Virus record (IMG/VR): IMGVR_UViG_3300008113_000033
Span: 1 to 64,000 of that record
Reading direction: 5' to 3' (one strand)
Source of the DNA: a virus
DNA: 64,000 bases
The first letter of the stretch is position 1; each line of letters starts with the position of its first letter. A model generated the notes under the pieces. It searched no databases. It had not been told where the DNA came from and saw nothing but the letters and a program-made list of their open reading frames with translations. This document shows positions 48,164 through 58,603 of this stretch, in pieces. Made by a program: the position numbers and the translations under genes.

Positions 48164-48897
48164 CAAGAAACGAAGCATTATATAACGCAAAATTAGCCGT
48201 ATTAGCTTATTCTAAACAAGAAGAAATTAAGTGGGATGAATACGGATTGGAATTAGTTAAGTGGATTGAAAATAAAAAATCAGATACGCAAGGATTTGTA
48301 GCAACAAAAGGTAAAACTATATATGTAGTTTGGAGAGGTAGTGAATCAAAAAAGGATTTCCAAAACGATGCTTCAATTGATAAAGTACCATTTATAAACG
48401 AAGGTGAGAAAGTACATATTGGATTTAAAAGTTCATGGGAATCGGTATTAGATGATACATACAATGCAATTGATACTGCATTAGAAAATCTACAAGGTAA
48501 AGCTACGGATATTGTAGTTTGTGGACATAGTTTAGGTGGAGCAGTAGCAACATTGTATGCACATTCAATTAAGAAACACTATCCACATTATAACGTTAAA
48601 TCAACAACTATTGGTAGTCCAAGAGTAGGTAATAAAGTATTTAAGGAAAATTACGATAATAGTGGTATAGATACTCTACGAATAGTACATAAAAATGATT
48701 TAGTAACTCATGTACCATATATTAGATTTCATCACGTAAACTATCAAATAAGATTAGATACAGATGGTAATATATTAAAAAAAGAATCATCATTAAAATC
48801 ACTTTGGTTATATCTTAAAGCATTATTTTCAGGTAAAACTGTCAAAGACCATATGGGTGATGGGTATTTAAAAGCATTAGAAAACTGGACTAAATGA
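48160..48897 (+). CDS. Class 3 lipase (alpha/beta hydrolase)
   Basis: VWRGS, VHIGF, VCGHSLGGAVA, TIGSPRVGN, RIVHKNDLVTHVP, DHM. Confidence 0.9.
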   Translation: MTRNEALYNAKLAVLAYSKQEEIKWDEYGLELVKWIENKKSDTQGFVATKGKTIYVVWRGSESKKDFQNDASIDKVPFINEGEKVHIGFKSSWESVLDDTYNAIDTALENLQGKATDIVVCGHSLGGAVATLYAHSIKKHYPHYNVKSTTIGSPRVGNKVFKENYDNSGIDTLRIVHKNDLVTHVPYIRFHHVNYQIRLDTDGNILKKESSLKSLWLYLKALFSGKTVKDHMGDGYLKALENWTK

Positions 48898-50465
48898 GCG
48901 AACAAAGTATAAAGGATATAATGCGGCAGGAGTATGTTAAATGTTTAACAGATCCTATCCACTTTATGCGCAAGTACTGTATGGTACAACACCCAACTAG
49001 GGGGCGTGTAAATTTTAACTTATATCCATTCCAAGAACAAGTATTAAAATTATGGTTAAAAAATGATTATACAATCATTAATAAATCACGTCAATTAGGT
49101 ATATCAACATTAGCTGCTGGTTTTTCATTATGGACAATGTTGTTTCATAAAGATAAAACAGTATTATGTATTGCAACTAAACAATCAACAGCTGTGAATA
49201 TGGTAGATAAGGTACAATTTATGTACCAACAATTACCAGCTTGGCTTAAAGGTAAAGATAAACCTGATTCAAATAACAAATTATCATTAAAATTATCTAA
49301 TGGGTCCCAAATTGTAGCATCATCAGCTGCTTCAGATGCTGGTCGATCATATGCTGTATCATTACTACTAATTGATGAGGCTGCATTTATTGATGGGATT
49401 GATCGAATCTATACCGCAATTAAACCTACAATTTCATCTGGTGGTGGGTGTATAGCATTATCATCACCAAACGGTATTGGTAACTGGTTCCATAAAACTT
49501 GGGTTAGTGCTATTAATAATGAAAACTCATTTTTACCAATTAAATTACCTTGGGATGTGCATCCTGAACGTGATACTCAATGGTTTGAAAATGAAAAGGC
49601 TAATATGGGCCCCCAAGAAATTGCCCAAGAATATGAGTGTGACTTTTTAGCTTCTGGAAATAACGTTGTAACAAACGATATTTTAGAATACTATGAGCAA
49701 AATTATATTATGGATCCTGTCGAAAGACGTGGTATGAGTGGTGATTTTTGGATATGGGAATATCCAAATCCATCCGAAACATATATTGTGTGTGCTGACG
49801 TTGCCCGTGGTGATGGAAGTGACTACTCTGCTTTTCATATCATAGCAACTAAAGAATTCAGACAAGTAGCTGAATTTAAATCTAAAATCGGTACTCGTGA
49901 ATTTGCAAATGCATTAGTTACAGCAGCAACTGAATATAATTCAGCATTATTAGTAGTTGAAAACGCAAATATTGGTTGGGATGTCCTAAACTCAATTGTT
50001 GAACGTGGATATCAAAATTTATATTACTCACCTAAAGGTGGTGATTTATCTATTGATAATTTTATATCTAAAATGGAAAATGACCAGACAGTTCAAGGTA
50101 TAACTAACTCGGGTAAAACACGCCCGTTATTTATTTCTAAATTAGAATCTACATTACGTGAGAAACAATTTGTGTTTCAATCTAAACGTATGTTAGAGGA
50201 ATTAAGAACATTTATTTGGGAAAATGGTAAAGCACAAGCACAAGGGGGATATAATGATGACTTAACAATGGCATTATCATTTGGATTATATATTAGAGAT
50301 ACAGCATTAGTTTATCATCAAAATGGATTAGATATAACTAAAGCAGCATTAAATAATATCAATGTAGCATCATCAGGTATCAGTTCAGGAACTTATATAG
50401 ATAATAATCCATGGCAGATGAAAGATAGCTATGGCAATACAGAATCATTAAATTGGCTCCTTTAA
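48894..50465 (+). CDS. terL: Terminase large subunit (T4 gp17-like)
   Basis: KSRQLGIST, LLLIDEAAF, SSPNG, QEYECDF, ADVARGDGSDYS, NDDLTMA. Confidence 0.95.
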   Translation: MSEQSIKDIMRQEYVKCLTDPIHFMRKYCMVQHPTRGRVNFNLYPFQEQVLKLWLKNDYTIINKSRQLGISTLAAGFSLWTMLFHKDKTVLCIATKQSTAVNMVDKVQFMYQQLPAWLKGKDKPDSNNKLSLKLSNGSQIVASSAASDAGRSYAVSLLLIDEAAFIDGIDRIYTAIKPTISSGGGCIALSSPNGIGNWFHKTWVSAINNENSFLPIKLPWDVHPERDTQWFENEKANMGPQEIAQEYECDFLASGNNVVTNDILEYYEQNYIMDPVERRGMSGDFWIWEYPNPSETYIVCADVARGDGSDYSAFHIIATKEFRQVAEFKSKIGTREFANALVTAATEYNSALLVVENANIGWDVLNSIVERGYQNLYYSPKGGDLSIDNFISKMENDQTVQGITNSGKTRPLFISKLESTLREKQFVFQSKRMLEELRTFIWENGKAQAQGGYNDDLTMALSFGLYIRDTALVYHQNGLDITKAALNNINVASSGISSGTYIDNNPWQMKDSYGNTESLNWLL

Positions 50466-50526
50466 ATTTCTTTGTTATGTTTGTATATTTATAACATATA
50501 CTACATATTGAGTAACACAAAATAAT

Positions 50527-52356
50527 ATGGCAATAGATACTAGTCTTTTCGGACGACTAAGAAGGTTATTTTCCACTGATGTAATAATTAGAAATGTAGG
50601 AGGTAATCAATTACGTACGATTGATGTTGACCGACTACAGACTTACGGTAATATTCAAACCAATTCATTAATAGATAGATTCAATCGGATTCATGCCGGC
50701 AATTCAAAATTGTCGTATACTCCATTAATGAATTACCAAACATTACGTACTTCACTTTACACGGACTATGAAGCAATGGATACAGATGCTATCATTGCTT
50801 CAGCGTTAGATATCATAGCTGATGAAGCTACTCTAAAAAACGAGCAGGGTGAAGTATTACATATTAAATCTCCAAACGATAAAACACAACGTGTACTTTA
50901 TAATTTATTTTATGAAGTTCTAAACGTAGAATTTAATCTATGGTCATGGATTAGAACAATGTGTAAATATGGTGATTTTTATCTACACTTAGACATTGCA
51001 GAAAAATTTGGTGTGTACAATGCACTCCCATTCTCTGTATATGATGTTCAACGTGAAGAAGGATCTAATCCAAATAATCCATCATATGTGCGTTTTAAGA
51101 TTAATTTAAACCAATCATACGGATACGCTACAAACACAAATAAAGATGATTATTTTGAAAACTACGAAATAGCTCACTTTAGATTAATTTCAGACCCATC
51201 ATATTTACCTTATGGCCGTTCATATCTTGAACCGGGTCGTAAAATATTCAAGCAATTAACTTTAATGGAAGATGCGATGTTAATACATCGTATTATGCGT
51301 GCTCCTGAAAAACGTATTTTCTATACAAACATTGGTAATATAGCTCCAAATGAAGTGGATGGATATATGGAAAAAATGAAGCAACGTATTAAGAAAGTTC
51401 CTTACGTTGATCCAACTACTGGCGATTATAACTTAAAGTATAATATGATGAATTTAACTGAAGATTTTTACCTTCCAGTTAGAGGAAATGATACAACTAC
51501 TAAAATCGATACTTTAAAAGGATTAGAATATACAGCAATCGAAGACGTATCTTACTTACGTGATAAATTGTTTGCTGCACTACGCGTTCCGAAAGCATTC
51601 TTAGGATACGAAAAAGATTTAACTGGTAAAGCTACACTTGCGTCTGAAGATATTCGTTTTGCTCGTACAGTAGAACGTGTACAACGTATTGTTGTATCTG
51701 AATTAACTAAAATCGCTTTAGTTCACTTATACACTCAAGGATTTGATGATGCTGAATTAACGAATTTTGAATTATCGTTAACTACTCCATCTATCATTTA
51801 TGAACAAGAAAAAATTGCTCTATGGAAAGAAAAAGTTGAATTAGCTGGTAATATAATGGATAAATCATTATTACCTACTGATTGGATTTACCAAAACATA
51901 TTCCACTTCTCTGAAGATCAATACGCTGAGTTCCGTAACCAAACAATTGAAGATAAAAAACGTTCATTCCGTATTTCACAAATTGAAAACGAAGGTAATG
52001 ATCCAGTTGAATCAGGTACATCATTTGGTACTCCACATGATTTAGCTTCATTATATGGTAAAGGCCGTTATGGTGAAGTACCTATTGGATATGATGAAAA
52101 AGAAGCAGGACGTCCTGAAGAAAAAGTATCTGATTATGGAACACAAGATCACGCATTAGGTAAAGATCCAATTGGTGCTAAAGGTATGCACGAGCCGTTA
52201 AAATCGGCTGCTGGTACTGGTGCTACTTGGACATTAGAGAGTACTAGAGTCGAATACTTAAAAAACAAGAAAATGTTAGAAAGTATAAACGTAAAGAAAA
52301 CCAACGTATTCGAAGAACCTTCCATACTAAATGAATCAAATATTCAAGATATATAA
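50527..52356 (+). CDS. gp20: Portal protein (T4 gp20-like)
   Basis: ALDIIADE, QLTLMEDAMLIHRIMRAPEKRIFY, EDFYLPVRG, LFAALRVP. Confidence 0.95.
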   Translation: MAIDTSLFGRLRRLFSTDVIIRNVGGNQLRTIDVDRLQTYGNIQTNSLIDRFNRIHAGNSKLSYTPLMNYQTLRTSLYTDYEAMDTDAIIASALDIIADEATLKNEQGEVLHIKSPNDKTQRVLYNLFYEVLNVEFNLWSWIRTMCKYGDFYLHLDIAEKFGVYNALPFSVYDVQREEGSNPNNPSYVRFKINLNQSYGYATNTNKDDYFENYEIAHFRLISDPSYLPYGRSYLEPGRKIFKQLTLMEDAMLIHRIMRAPEKRIFYTNIGNIAPNEVDGYMEKMKQRIKKVPYVDPTTGDYNLKYNMMNLTEDFYLPVRGNDTTTKIDTLKGLEYTAIEDVSYLRDKLFAALRVPKAFLGYEKDLTGKATLASEDIRFARTVERVQRIVVSELTKIALVHLYTQGFDDAELTNFELSLTTPSIIYEQEKIALWKEKVELAGNIMDKSLLPTDWIYQNIFHFSEDQYAEFRNQTIEDKKRSFRISQIENEGNDPVESGTSFGTPHDLASLYGKGRYGEVPIGYDEKEAGRPEEKVSDYGTQDHALGKDPIGAKGMHEPLKSAAGTGATWTLESTRVEYLKNKKMLESINVKKTNVFEEPSILNESNIQDI

Positions 52357-52391
52357 ACTAATCGATATTTATAACAGAGTAATACTAAGAC

Positions 52392-53246
52392 ATGTCTAAA
52401 TTAAAAAATTCTAAATACAAAAACACTGGCATATTATTTGAGCTATTAGTGCGCCAAATTGCTAGTGATATTTTGTCTAATAAAGAACCACACGCGGCTA
52501 CTTTAGTTAAAAAATATTTTTCAAATACAGAAATAGCTAAAGAACATAAATTATATCAAACATTAATTAATGTACAAGCATTAGCTGAATCAAAAGCAGA
52601 TAGCTTAGTTGAAACTATCTTAAAATTATCTGAAAAATTAAATAAAACTGCTTTACGTAAGGAAAAATATAACTTGATTAAAGACATCAAGGAAAATTAT
52701 AACTTAGAAGATTTTTTTAAAGCAAAAATTCAAAATTATAAAATTAACGCTGCCATTTTTAATTTAATGGAAGCACATACATCAACTGAATTTACTGATC
52801 CTAAATTAGTTATTGATAATCGAGTAACATTACTTGAATTTTTAACTAAAAAAGCAGTAGATAAATCAGTAGTTAAAGATCAAGTATTAGAAGAATATTC
52901 TAAGCAAGATAAGAGTACTCGTATGATGATTTATAAAATGGTAGTTGAAAATTTCAACTCAAAATATACAGATCTTCTACCAGAACAAAAAACATTATTG
53001 TCTGAATTCATCAAGAATATATCTAATACTGTATCATTAAAAGAATATGTTAATAATCAAATTCAAAATGTTAAATTAGAATTAGAAGTATTAACATCTA
53101 AAATTACAGATAAGAAAATTCAAATTAAATTATCAGAAGTAAATAATATACTAAACATGATTCCTAAATCAGAAAATGTATCTGATGATGATGTTTTGAA
53201 TTTGATGAATTACTACGAATTATTACACGAGTTAAGAACAGCATAA
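52392..53246 (+). CDS. Conserved head-morphogenesis-region protein
   Basis: KYKNTGILFELLVRQI; lies between portal and protease. Confidence 0.7.
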   Translation: MSKLKNSKYKNTGILFELLVRQIASDILSNKEPHAATLVKKYFSNTEIAKEHKLYQTLINVQALAESKADSLVETILKLSEKLNKTALRKEKYNLIKDIKENYNLEDFFKAKIQNYKINAAIFNLMEAHTSTEFTDPKLVIDNRVTLLEFLTKKAVDKSVVKDQVLEEYSKQDKSTRMMIYKMVVENFNSKYTDLLPEQKTLLSEFIKNISNTVSLKEYVNNQIQNVKLELEVLTSKITDKKIQIKLSEVNNILNMIPKSENVSDDDVLNLMNYYELLHELRTA

Positions 53247-53722
53247 TGGAAAAATTACGTGAATTAATACGTCAAGCAATTGCTAAAGTTTTAGATGAAG
53301 AAAATGCTACATCTGGAGGCGAAGCATATATGACTAAATTTGCATTCTCTAAAGGTGGTAAAAACCGAGCTACTAAAACCGCTGAAAAGTTAGGATTTAA
53401 AGTAGTTGGTAATCGTCCAAAAACAGGAAAAACATACGAATTTGTTAAATACGAAGGACAAGATCCGATTAATGAGGTATCATATCGTTCATTTAATAAA
53501 ACAATTTCAGAAGTTACTCCTGAACGTAAAATTTCAAAAGCAATATTAGGTATTAAAAAACGTTTACGTGAAGTTAATCAAATAGTTGATTATAGTATTC
53601 GTTTACGTGAAGAAAATAGCCTAACTACTGAAAATTATCTTACTAATTCAGTCCGCGGATTAGAAGAAATATCAACACGATTAACTGAATTAGACAAGAA
53701 AATTAAAAATTTAAAAGAATAA
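53246..53722 (+). CDS. Putative prohead core/internal protein
   Basis: MEKLRELIRQAIAKVLDEE leader. Confidence 0.7.
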   Translation: MEKLRELIRQAIAKVLDEENATSGGEAYMTKFAFSKGGKNRATKTAEKLGFKVVGNRPKTGKTYEFVKYEGQDPINEVSYRSFNKTISEVTPERKISKAILGIKKRLREVNQIVDYSIRLREENSLTTENYLTNSVRGLEEISTRLTELDKKIKNLKE

Positions 53723-54240
53723 TGAAAAGTATATTCGATCAATATAAAGCATTAAACGAAGGAACATTAGGTCAAGCTCAATTTTTACGTAATGTAAAAA
53801 TGGCATTACCTAAATTTATTTCTAACACAACAACATTTGGTGATGCTGTTAGAATTTTAAAAAACAAAGGTATTATTTCTGAAGTAAAATCATCTCCAAT
53901 GGAGTATGGTATGCCGAATGATTGGTGTAATCCTCAAGAATATAATTTAGGAATGCGCTATGAATTAGATAAAGGTACTGAAGAATTAAAAGCTGATAAG
54001 ATCGTTTGCAAAAACTTAAAAGATAATGCTGCTTATTACTCTCAACTTCATTTAGCTGGATATGATGAATCAGCAATGAAAGTTGATCGTAAAAAACGTA
54101 CTGATTTATCTATTGAAGTTAAAGGTGATAACTTTGTAGACACTGCAAATGGTGTTAAAAAAGTAAAAATGGATAAATTGACTGAAGATGAAATGATCAT
54201 TTTAGTTGGTCGTATCTTGAACGAAAGATCTAATGGATAA
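53722..54240 (+). CDS. Putative prohead core/internal protein
   Basis: Head operon; GMRYE..IVCKNLKDNAAYYS. Confidence 0.7.
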   Translation: MKSIFDQYKALNEGTLGQAQFLRNVKMALPKFISNTTTFGDAVRILKNKGIISEVKSSPMEYGMPNDWCNPQEYNLGMRYELDKGTEELKADKIVCKNLKDNAAYYSQLHLAGYDESAMKVDRKKRTDLSIEVKGDNFVDTANGVKKVKMDKLTEDEMIILVGRILNERSNG

Positions 54241-54862
54241 GCAATTATTAATAGAAACAGCCTTATTTACCGCTACTCCTCAATCATTGAAGGAGTCGAT
54301 GATGAATCCAAACGGTAAAATGTTTGTAGAAGGATTGATACAAATGGCTGAAACCAAAAATGGTAATGGACGTGTTTATCCATACGAAGTATTAAAGCGT
54401 GAAGCTGATAAATACCTACAAGGACCAGTTAAAGAACGTCGTGCATTAGGTGAATTAGACCATCCAGACTCTCCTGTTATCAACTTAAAAAATGTATCAC
54501 ATAACATTGTAAGTTTATATTGGAAGGGGCGCGAATTACACGGTAAAATTGAATTACTGCCTACACCATCGGGTAATATATTAAAAGAATTATTTAATAA
54601 CAATATCACCGTAGGTATCTCATCTCGTGGTATGGGTTCTGTACGTCAAATTGGTGAAACAATTGAGGTACAAGATGATTTTGAATTAATGTGTTGGGAT
54701 TTTGTTTCAACCCCATCTACACCAGGTGCGTATATGGAAGTAGTAAATGAATCTATTTCATATTCTAAACCATCAAAAGATTATTCTAAAATAGATAGCT
54801 TAATTACTGAAATTATTTGTAACCGCACAGGATTTTGTACCTGTGATTTTGATAATATATAA
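54233..54862 (+). CDS. gp21: Prohead protease (T4 gp21-like)
   Basis: KNGNGRVYP, ALGELDHP, VSH, TPSG, GISSRGMGS, DFVSTPS. Confidence 0.95.
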   Translation: MDKQLLIETALFTATPQSLKESMMNPNGKMFVEGLIQMAETKNGNGRVYPYEVLKREADKYLQGPVKERRALGELDHPDSPVINLKNVSHNIVSLYWKGRELHGKIELLPTPSGNILKELFNNNITVGISSRGMGSVRQIGETIEVQDDFELMCWDFVSTPSTPGAYMEVVNESISYSKPSKDYSKIDSLITEIICNRTGFCTCDFDNI

Positions 54863-55530
54863 TGGATTTAGAACAAATCGTAAAAGAAACCGTAGCTAAA
54901 ATCGTTGCTGAAAAAACATTAACTGCTGCTGAAAAGAAAAAGAAAGAAGATATTGTAATGGCAATGAAAAAGGATTTCAAAGGTCCTAAAGCTGCTATGT
55001 ATGCAATCGCAACTGATAAAGCTAAAAAATTAGCTGAAGAATACGATTTTGTAAGATCAGCTATTGAATCAGCATCTGGTGATAAAATTAGCTATACTGA
55101 AGAAGATGATTACGGTCGTACTATTTACTGGAGTACAAAAAATCCTAATGTAAATTATTTTGTAGGAATGGGTGGTGAATTTGAAGGTAAAATTTACCTG
55201 TATAATGGTGAAACTGGTGAACGTTATCCAATCGGTGATTTAAAACACTATGGTGATGGACAAAATCATTCAGCTGATGATGACATGCACGAAGCATTCC
55301 AACCAAAATCATCATTTGATGATTATTCAATCGGAGACAACGTTACAGTAGCAGGTAAAAAAGCAAAAATCACAGCTATGAAAATGGATGATGAAACTGG
55401 CGAACGTAGAGCTCGAGTTAGATTCGAAGATGATTCAGTTAAAGATGTAAATATTAATTCATTAGACGAATCAAAAGAATTAGACAAATACGTCATTCGT
55501 AGATGGCAACACTACGCAGGGATTGAATAA
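54862..55530 (+). CDS. Putative internal head protein with C-terminal SH3-like domain
   Basis: MDLEQIVKETVAKIVAE leader; MYAIAT; C-terminal RRWQHYAGI. Confidence 0.65.
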   Translation: MDLEQIVKETVAKIVAEKTLTAAEKKKKEDIVMAMKKDFKGPKAAMYAIATDKAKKLAEEYDFVRSAIESASGDKISYTEEDDYGRTIYWSTKNPNVNYFVGMGGEFEGKIYLYNGETGERYPIGDLKHYGDGQNHSADDDMHEAFQPKSSFDDYSIGDNVTVAGKKAKITAMKMDDETGERRARVRFEDDSVKDVNINSLDESKELDKYVIRRWQHYAGIE

Positions 55531-55566
55531 TTTATACCCCACTATAGTCTCAGTATTATAGTTCTG

Positions 55567-55599
55567 GTGTCTTTTCTGCAAAGAGAAGGCACTTTTTTT
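55567..55599 (+). terminator. Rho-independent terminator
   Basis: GTGTCTTTTCT-GCAA-AGAGAAGGCAC-TTTTTTT. Confidence 0.8.
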
Positions 55600-55732
55600 C
55601 GCTTTGAATATATCTACATATATTTATGGCAGACTCAAATATACCATGTCTATATGGTATTCGATTAAATTTAAAAACCCCCATTAAGATTCATTAATAA
55701 TCTTATTTCCAAAACAAAAATTAAGGACAAAA

Positions 55733-56785
55733 ATGAGTAACACAAAGCAAATCTTAAAAGATGCTATTGCTGATGCTAAAGCCGTTCGCGAAACTGCTCT
55801 TGCTAATGCCAAACTTGCTCTCGAAGAAGCGTTTACTCCTCAACTTCAATCTATGTTAGCTGCAAAGTTACAAGAAATGGAAGAGGAAGACGAAGTTAAA
55901 GAGGAAGTTGCTGAAGGCGCAGAAGACCAAATGGAAGAAACTCTTGATTTAGAAGCATTATTAGCTGAGGATTCAGTTGAAGAAGCTAAAGAAGAAGGAG
56001 AAGAAGAAGCTGAAGAAAAAGCATCTGAAGAAACACCTGAAAAAGGTGAGGAAAAAGAAGGCGAAAAAGAAGAAGATAAAGATATCACTGAAATGTCGCC
56101 GGAAGAAGTTGAAGAATATATTCGCCAAATTGCGGCTGAAGAATTCGAAAAATTAGAAGCTGGACAAGGTGAGGAAATTCCTGGCGAAGAAGGTGGAGAA
56201 GAAATCGATTTAGATGCTGAATTAGGAGCTGATGCTACTGCAGGTGAAGAAGAAATCAACATTGACGAGATGATCGACGAAACAGAAGAAACAGTAAACG
56301 AAGAAGAAATCGACGAAAACGATATCAACATCGATGAATTGTTAGCTGAGTTCGGTTTATCAGAAGAAGAAGAAGTAGAAGAAGGTTATGGCAAAGATGA
56401 AGATGATTCTAAATCCAAAATGGAAGAAGAATTAGCTCAAGCTTTAGCTACAATCGATGAACTTCGTTCTTCAATTCAAGAAGTGAATTTGCTAAACGCA
56501 AAATTACTTTACATGAATAAAGTATTTAAAGGTACTAACTTAACTGAATCTCAAAAGATCGACGTAGTTAAAACTTTTGATAAAGCAGAATCAGCGAAAG
56601 AAGCTAAATTGGTTTACGAATCAATAATTACTACTTTCACTAAGAAAGCTGAAACAAAATCTAACATTAAAGAATCAGTTGGTTTTGCTTCAAAAGCAGT
56701 AGGAATGATTACTAATAGCGGTGCTAAAGTAATCGAAACTGATGCTCAATACAACCGTTGGGAAAAATTAGCCTTCGGTAAATAA
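55733..56785 (+). CDS. Prohead scaffolding protein (gp22-like)
   Basis: Very acidic coiled coil immediately upstream of MCP; AIADAKAVRETALANAK. Confidence 0.8.
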   Translation: MSNTKQILKDAIADAKAVRETALANAKLALEEAFTPQLQSMLAAKLQEMEEEDEVKEEVAEGAEDQMEETLDLEALLAEDSVEEAKEEGEEEAEEKASEETPEKGEEKEGEKEEDKDITEMSPEEVEEYIRQIAAEEFEKLEAGQGEEIPGEEGGEEIDLDAELGADATAGEEEINIDEMIDETEETVNEEEIDENDINIDELLAEFGLSEEEEVEEGYGKDEDDSKSKMEEELAQALATIDELRSSIQEVNLLNAKLLYMNKVFKGTNLTESQKIDVVKTFDKAESAKEAKLVYESIITTFTKKAETKSNIKESVGFASKAVGMITNSGAKVIETDAQYNRWEKLAFGK

Positions 56786-56813
56786 TTTTAATAATAAATA
56801 AATTAATTTAAAA

Positions 56814-58490
56814 ATGAACGTACAAAGTCTTTTAGAAAGCGCAAACCCGTTCCAAGATCGTCAAGCAGAAGCTGGCAAATTAGTTGGAAAATGGGATAAA
56901 ACAGGTTTATTGAAAAACCTTAAGAGTGAAAATGATCGTAACAATATGGCGGTTATTTTAGAGAACCAAGCTAAAGCATTGGTTCAAGAAGCAAACGTAA
57001 CTGGTGGAACTACTTCTATGTCAGGTGGTGCTGGTGAGAACTGGGCTGGTGTTGCTTTGCCTTTAGTTCGCCGTATCTTCGGTGAAATCGTAGCTAAAGA
57101 ATTCGTTTCAGTACAACCAATGTCTTTACCTTCAGGTCTAGTATTCTATTTGGATTTCAAATATTCAAACTTAGGAATGGGATCTACAGATGGTAAAGCT
57201 GGATTCGGAACTGCTTCTTTATATGGTAACCAAGCAGAAAATCATCCAAACGTTAAAAACTTAGAGGTTGCTGGTGGTTTATATGGTGATGGTAGATTCG
57301 GATATTCAATCAATACTACTGCATCTGCAGGTATTGCTGGTACTTCTGGATCAACTACTATTGCTACATTTAATTACAATTCAGCTGCTTCATCTTCAAT
57401 TGGATCTTCAGCTCGTACAATTACTATCGCTTCAGGTTCATTAGTTGGTTTAGATGATAACGCTGTTAAAGCTATTGAAATTGCTTCAGGTTCAGGTGCT
57501 GGTTCAGTATCAGCTGCTAACGTAATCAATGAATTTACTACTTTGAACTCTAACGGTACAATTACTTTAGTTGTTTCTGGTTCTACAATTGGTGCTAACG
57601 CTAACCAAGTTTACACAGTAACTTATCCTAAAACTACTACTGTAGCTGCTCGTGGTGATTTTGAAGATGCTTCAGGTGCTGGTTATCCAAACTCAGAATC
57701 TACTACTCAAATTGCTATCCCTTCAGTTGATATCAAATTGAAATCAGAAGCTATCGTTGCTAAGACTCGTAAGTTGAAAGCACAATGGACTCCAGAATTT
57801 GCTCAAGATTTGAACGCATACCACTCGGTAGATGCTGAATCAGAAGTAACTTCAATGTTGTCTAACTACATTGCAATGGAAGTTGATTTAGAATTATTAG
57901 GTATGTTAATTGAAAATGCTGCTACAACAGGTTACTGGTCAGCTGCTAACAATACATTCTGGAATGGTTCAGGATTTACAACTGTATCTGCAAACTCACA
58001 ATCAGGTAATATCTCAGGATACTATAACTCTCAAGGTGAGTGGTTCCAAACTATCGGAACTGTATTGCAACAAGTTTCTAACAAAATTCACCAAAAGACA
58101 TTGCGTGGTGGTGCTAACTTCTTAGTTTGTTCTCCAGCAATTGCTACAGTATTAGAATCAATCCCAGGATTTGCTACTGACGGTGATGGTGAGAAATCAG
58201 AATTCGGATTTGGTATCCAAAAAATCGGTTCATTAAATTCTCGTTACAAAGTTTACAAGAATCCATACTTGACTTCTAACCAAATCTTGATGGGTTATAA
58301 AGGATCTCAATTCCTTGAAACTGGTGCTGTTTACGCTCCATACATTCCGTTGATCATGACTCCATTAGTATACGATCCAGAAACATTTACTCCACGTAAA
58401 GGTTTGATGACTCGTTACGCTAAGAAAATGGTTCGTCCTGAATTCTATGGTAAAGTGTTTGTTCACGGATTAGAAACATTAGGATACTAA
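56814..58490 (+). CDS. gp23: Major capsid protein (T4 gp23-like)
   Basis: LPLVRR, VSVQPMSLPSGLVFYLD, AKTRKLKAQWTPEFAQDL, YAPYIPL, FTPRKGLMTRY. Confidence 0.97.
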   Translation: MNVQSLLESANPFQDRQAEAGKLVGKWDKTGLLKNLKSENDRNNMAVILENQAKALVQEANVTGGTTSMSGGAGENWAGVALPLVRRIFGEIVAKEFVSVQPMSLPSGLVFYLDFKYSNLGMGSTDGKAGFGTASLYGNQAENHPNVKNLEVAGGLYGDGRFGYSINTTASAGIAGTSGSTTIATFNYNSAASSSIGSSARTITIASGSLVGLDDNAVKAIEIASGSGAGSVSAANVINEFTTLNSNGTITLVVSGSTIGANANQVYTVTYPKTTTVAARGDFEDASGAGYPNSESTTQIAIPSVDIKLKSEAIVAKTRKLKAQWTPEFAQDLNAYHSVDAESEVTSMLSNYIAMEVDLELLGMLIENAATTGYWSAANNTFWNGSGFTTVSANSQSGNISGYYNSQGEWFQTIGTVLQQVSNKIHQKTLRGGANFLVCSPAIATVLESIPGFATDGDGEKSEFGFGIQKIGSLNSRYKVYKNPYLTSNQILMGYKGSQFLETGAVYAPYIPLIMTPLVYDPETFTPRKGLMTRYAKKMVRPEFYGKVFVHGLETLGY

Positions 58491-58516
58491 TATTACTAAT
58501 TTTTAGAATAGAAAGT

Positions 58517-58550
58517 AAGGTCGGAGCTCAGCTCCGGCCTTCTTTTGTTT
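58517..58550 (+). terminator. Rho-independent terminator after MCP
   Basis: AAGGTCGGAGC-TCA-GCTCCGGCCTT-CTTTTGTTT. Confidence 0.85.
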
Positions 58551-58603
58551 ATTGTAATAAATGGATTTTTACATATTTATTGCTGATAACTAAAATAAGT
58601 TTT

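Noticed and set aside
48894-58490. Introns or inteins in terminase, portal, protease or capsid genes
   Set aside because: The ORFs are continuous, of ordinary length, and show no intein or homing-endonuclease motifs
44564-58603. Longer N-termini given in the ORF track for 44564, 47786 and 58580 (also 6353, 39201, 42456)
   Set aside because: The extensions run through or abut terminators, promoter motifs or upstream genes; downstream ATGs with A-rich leaders fit better
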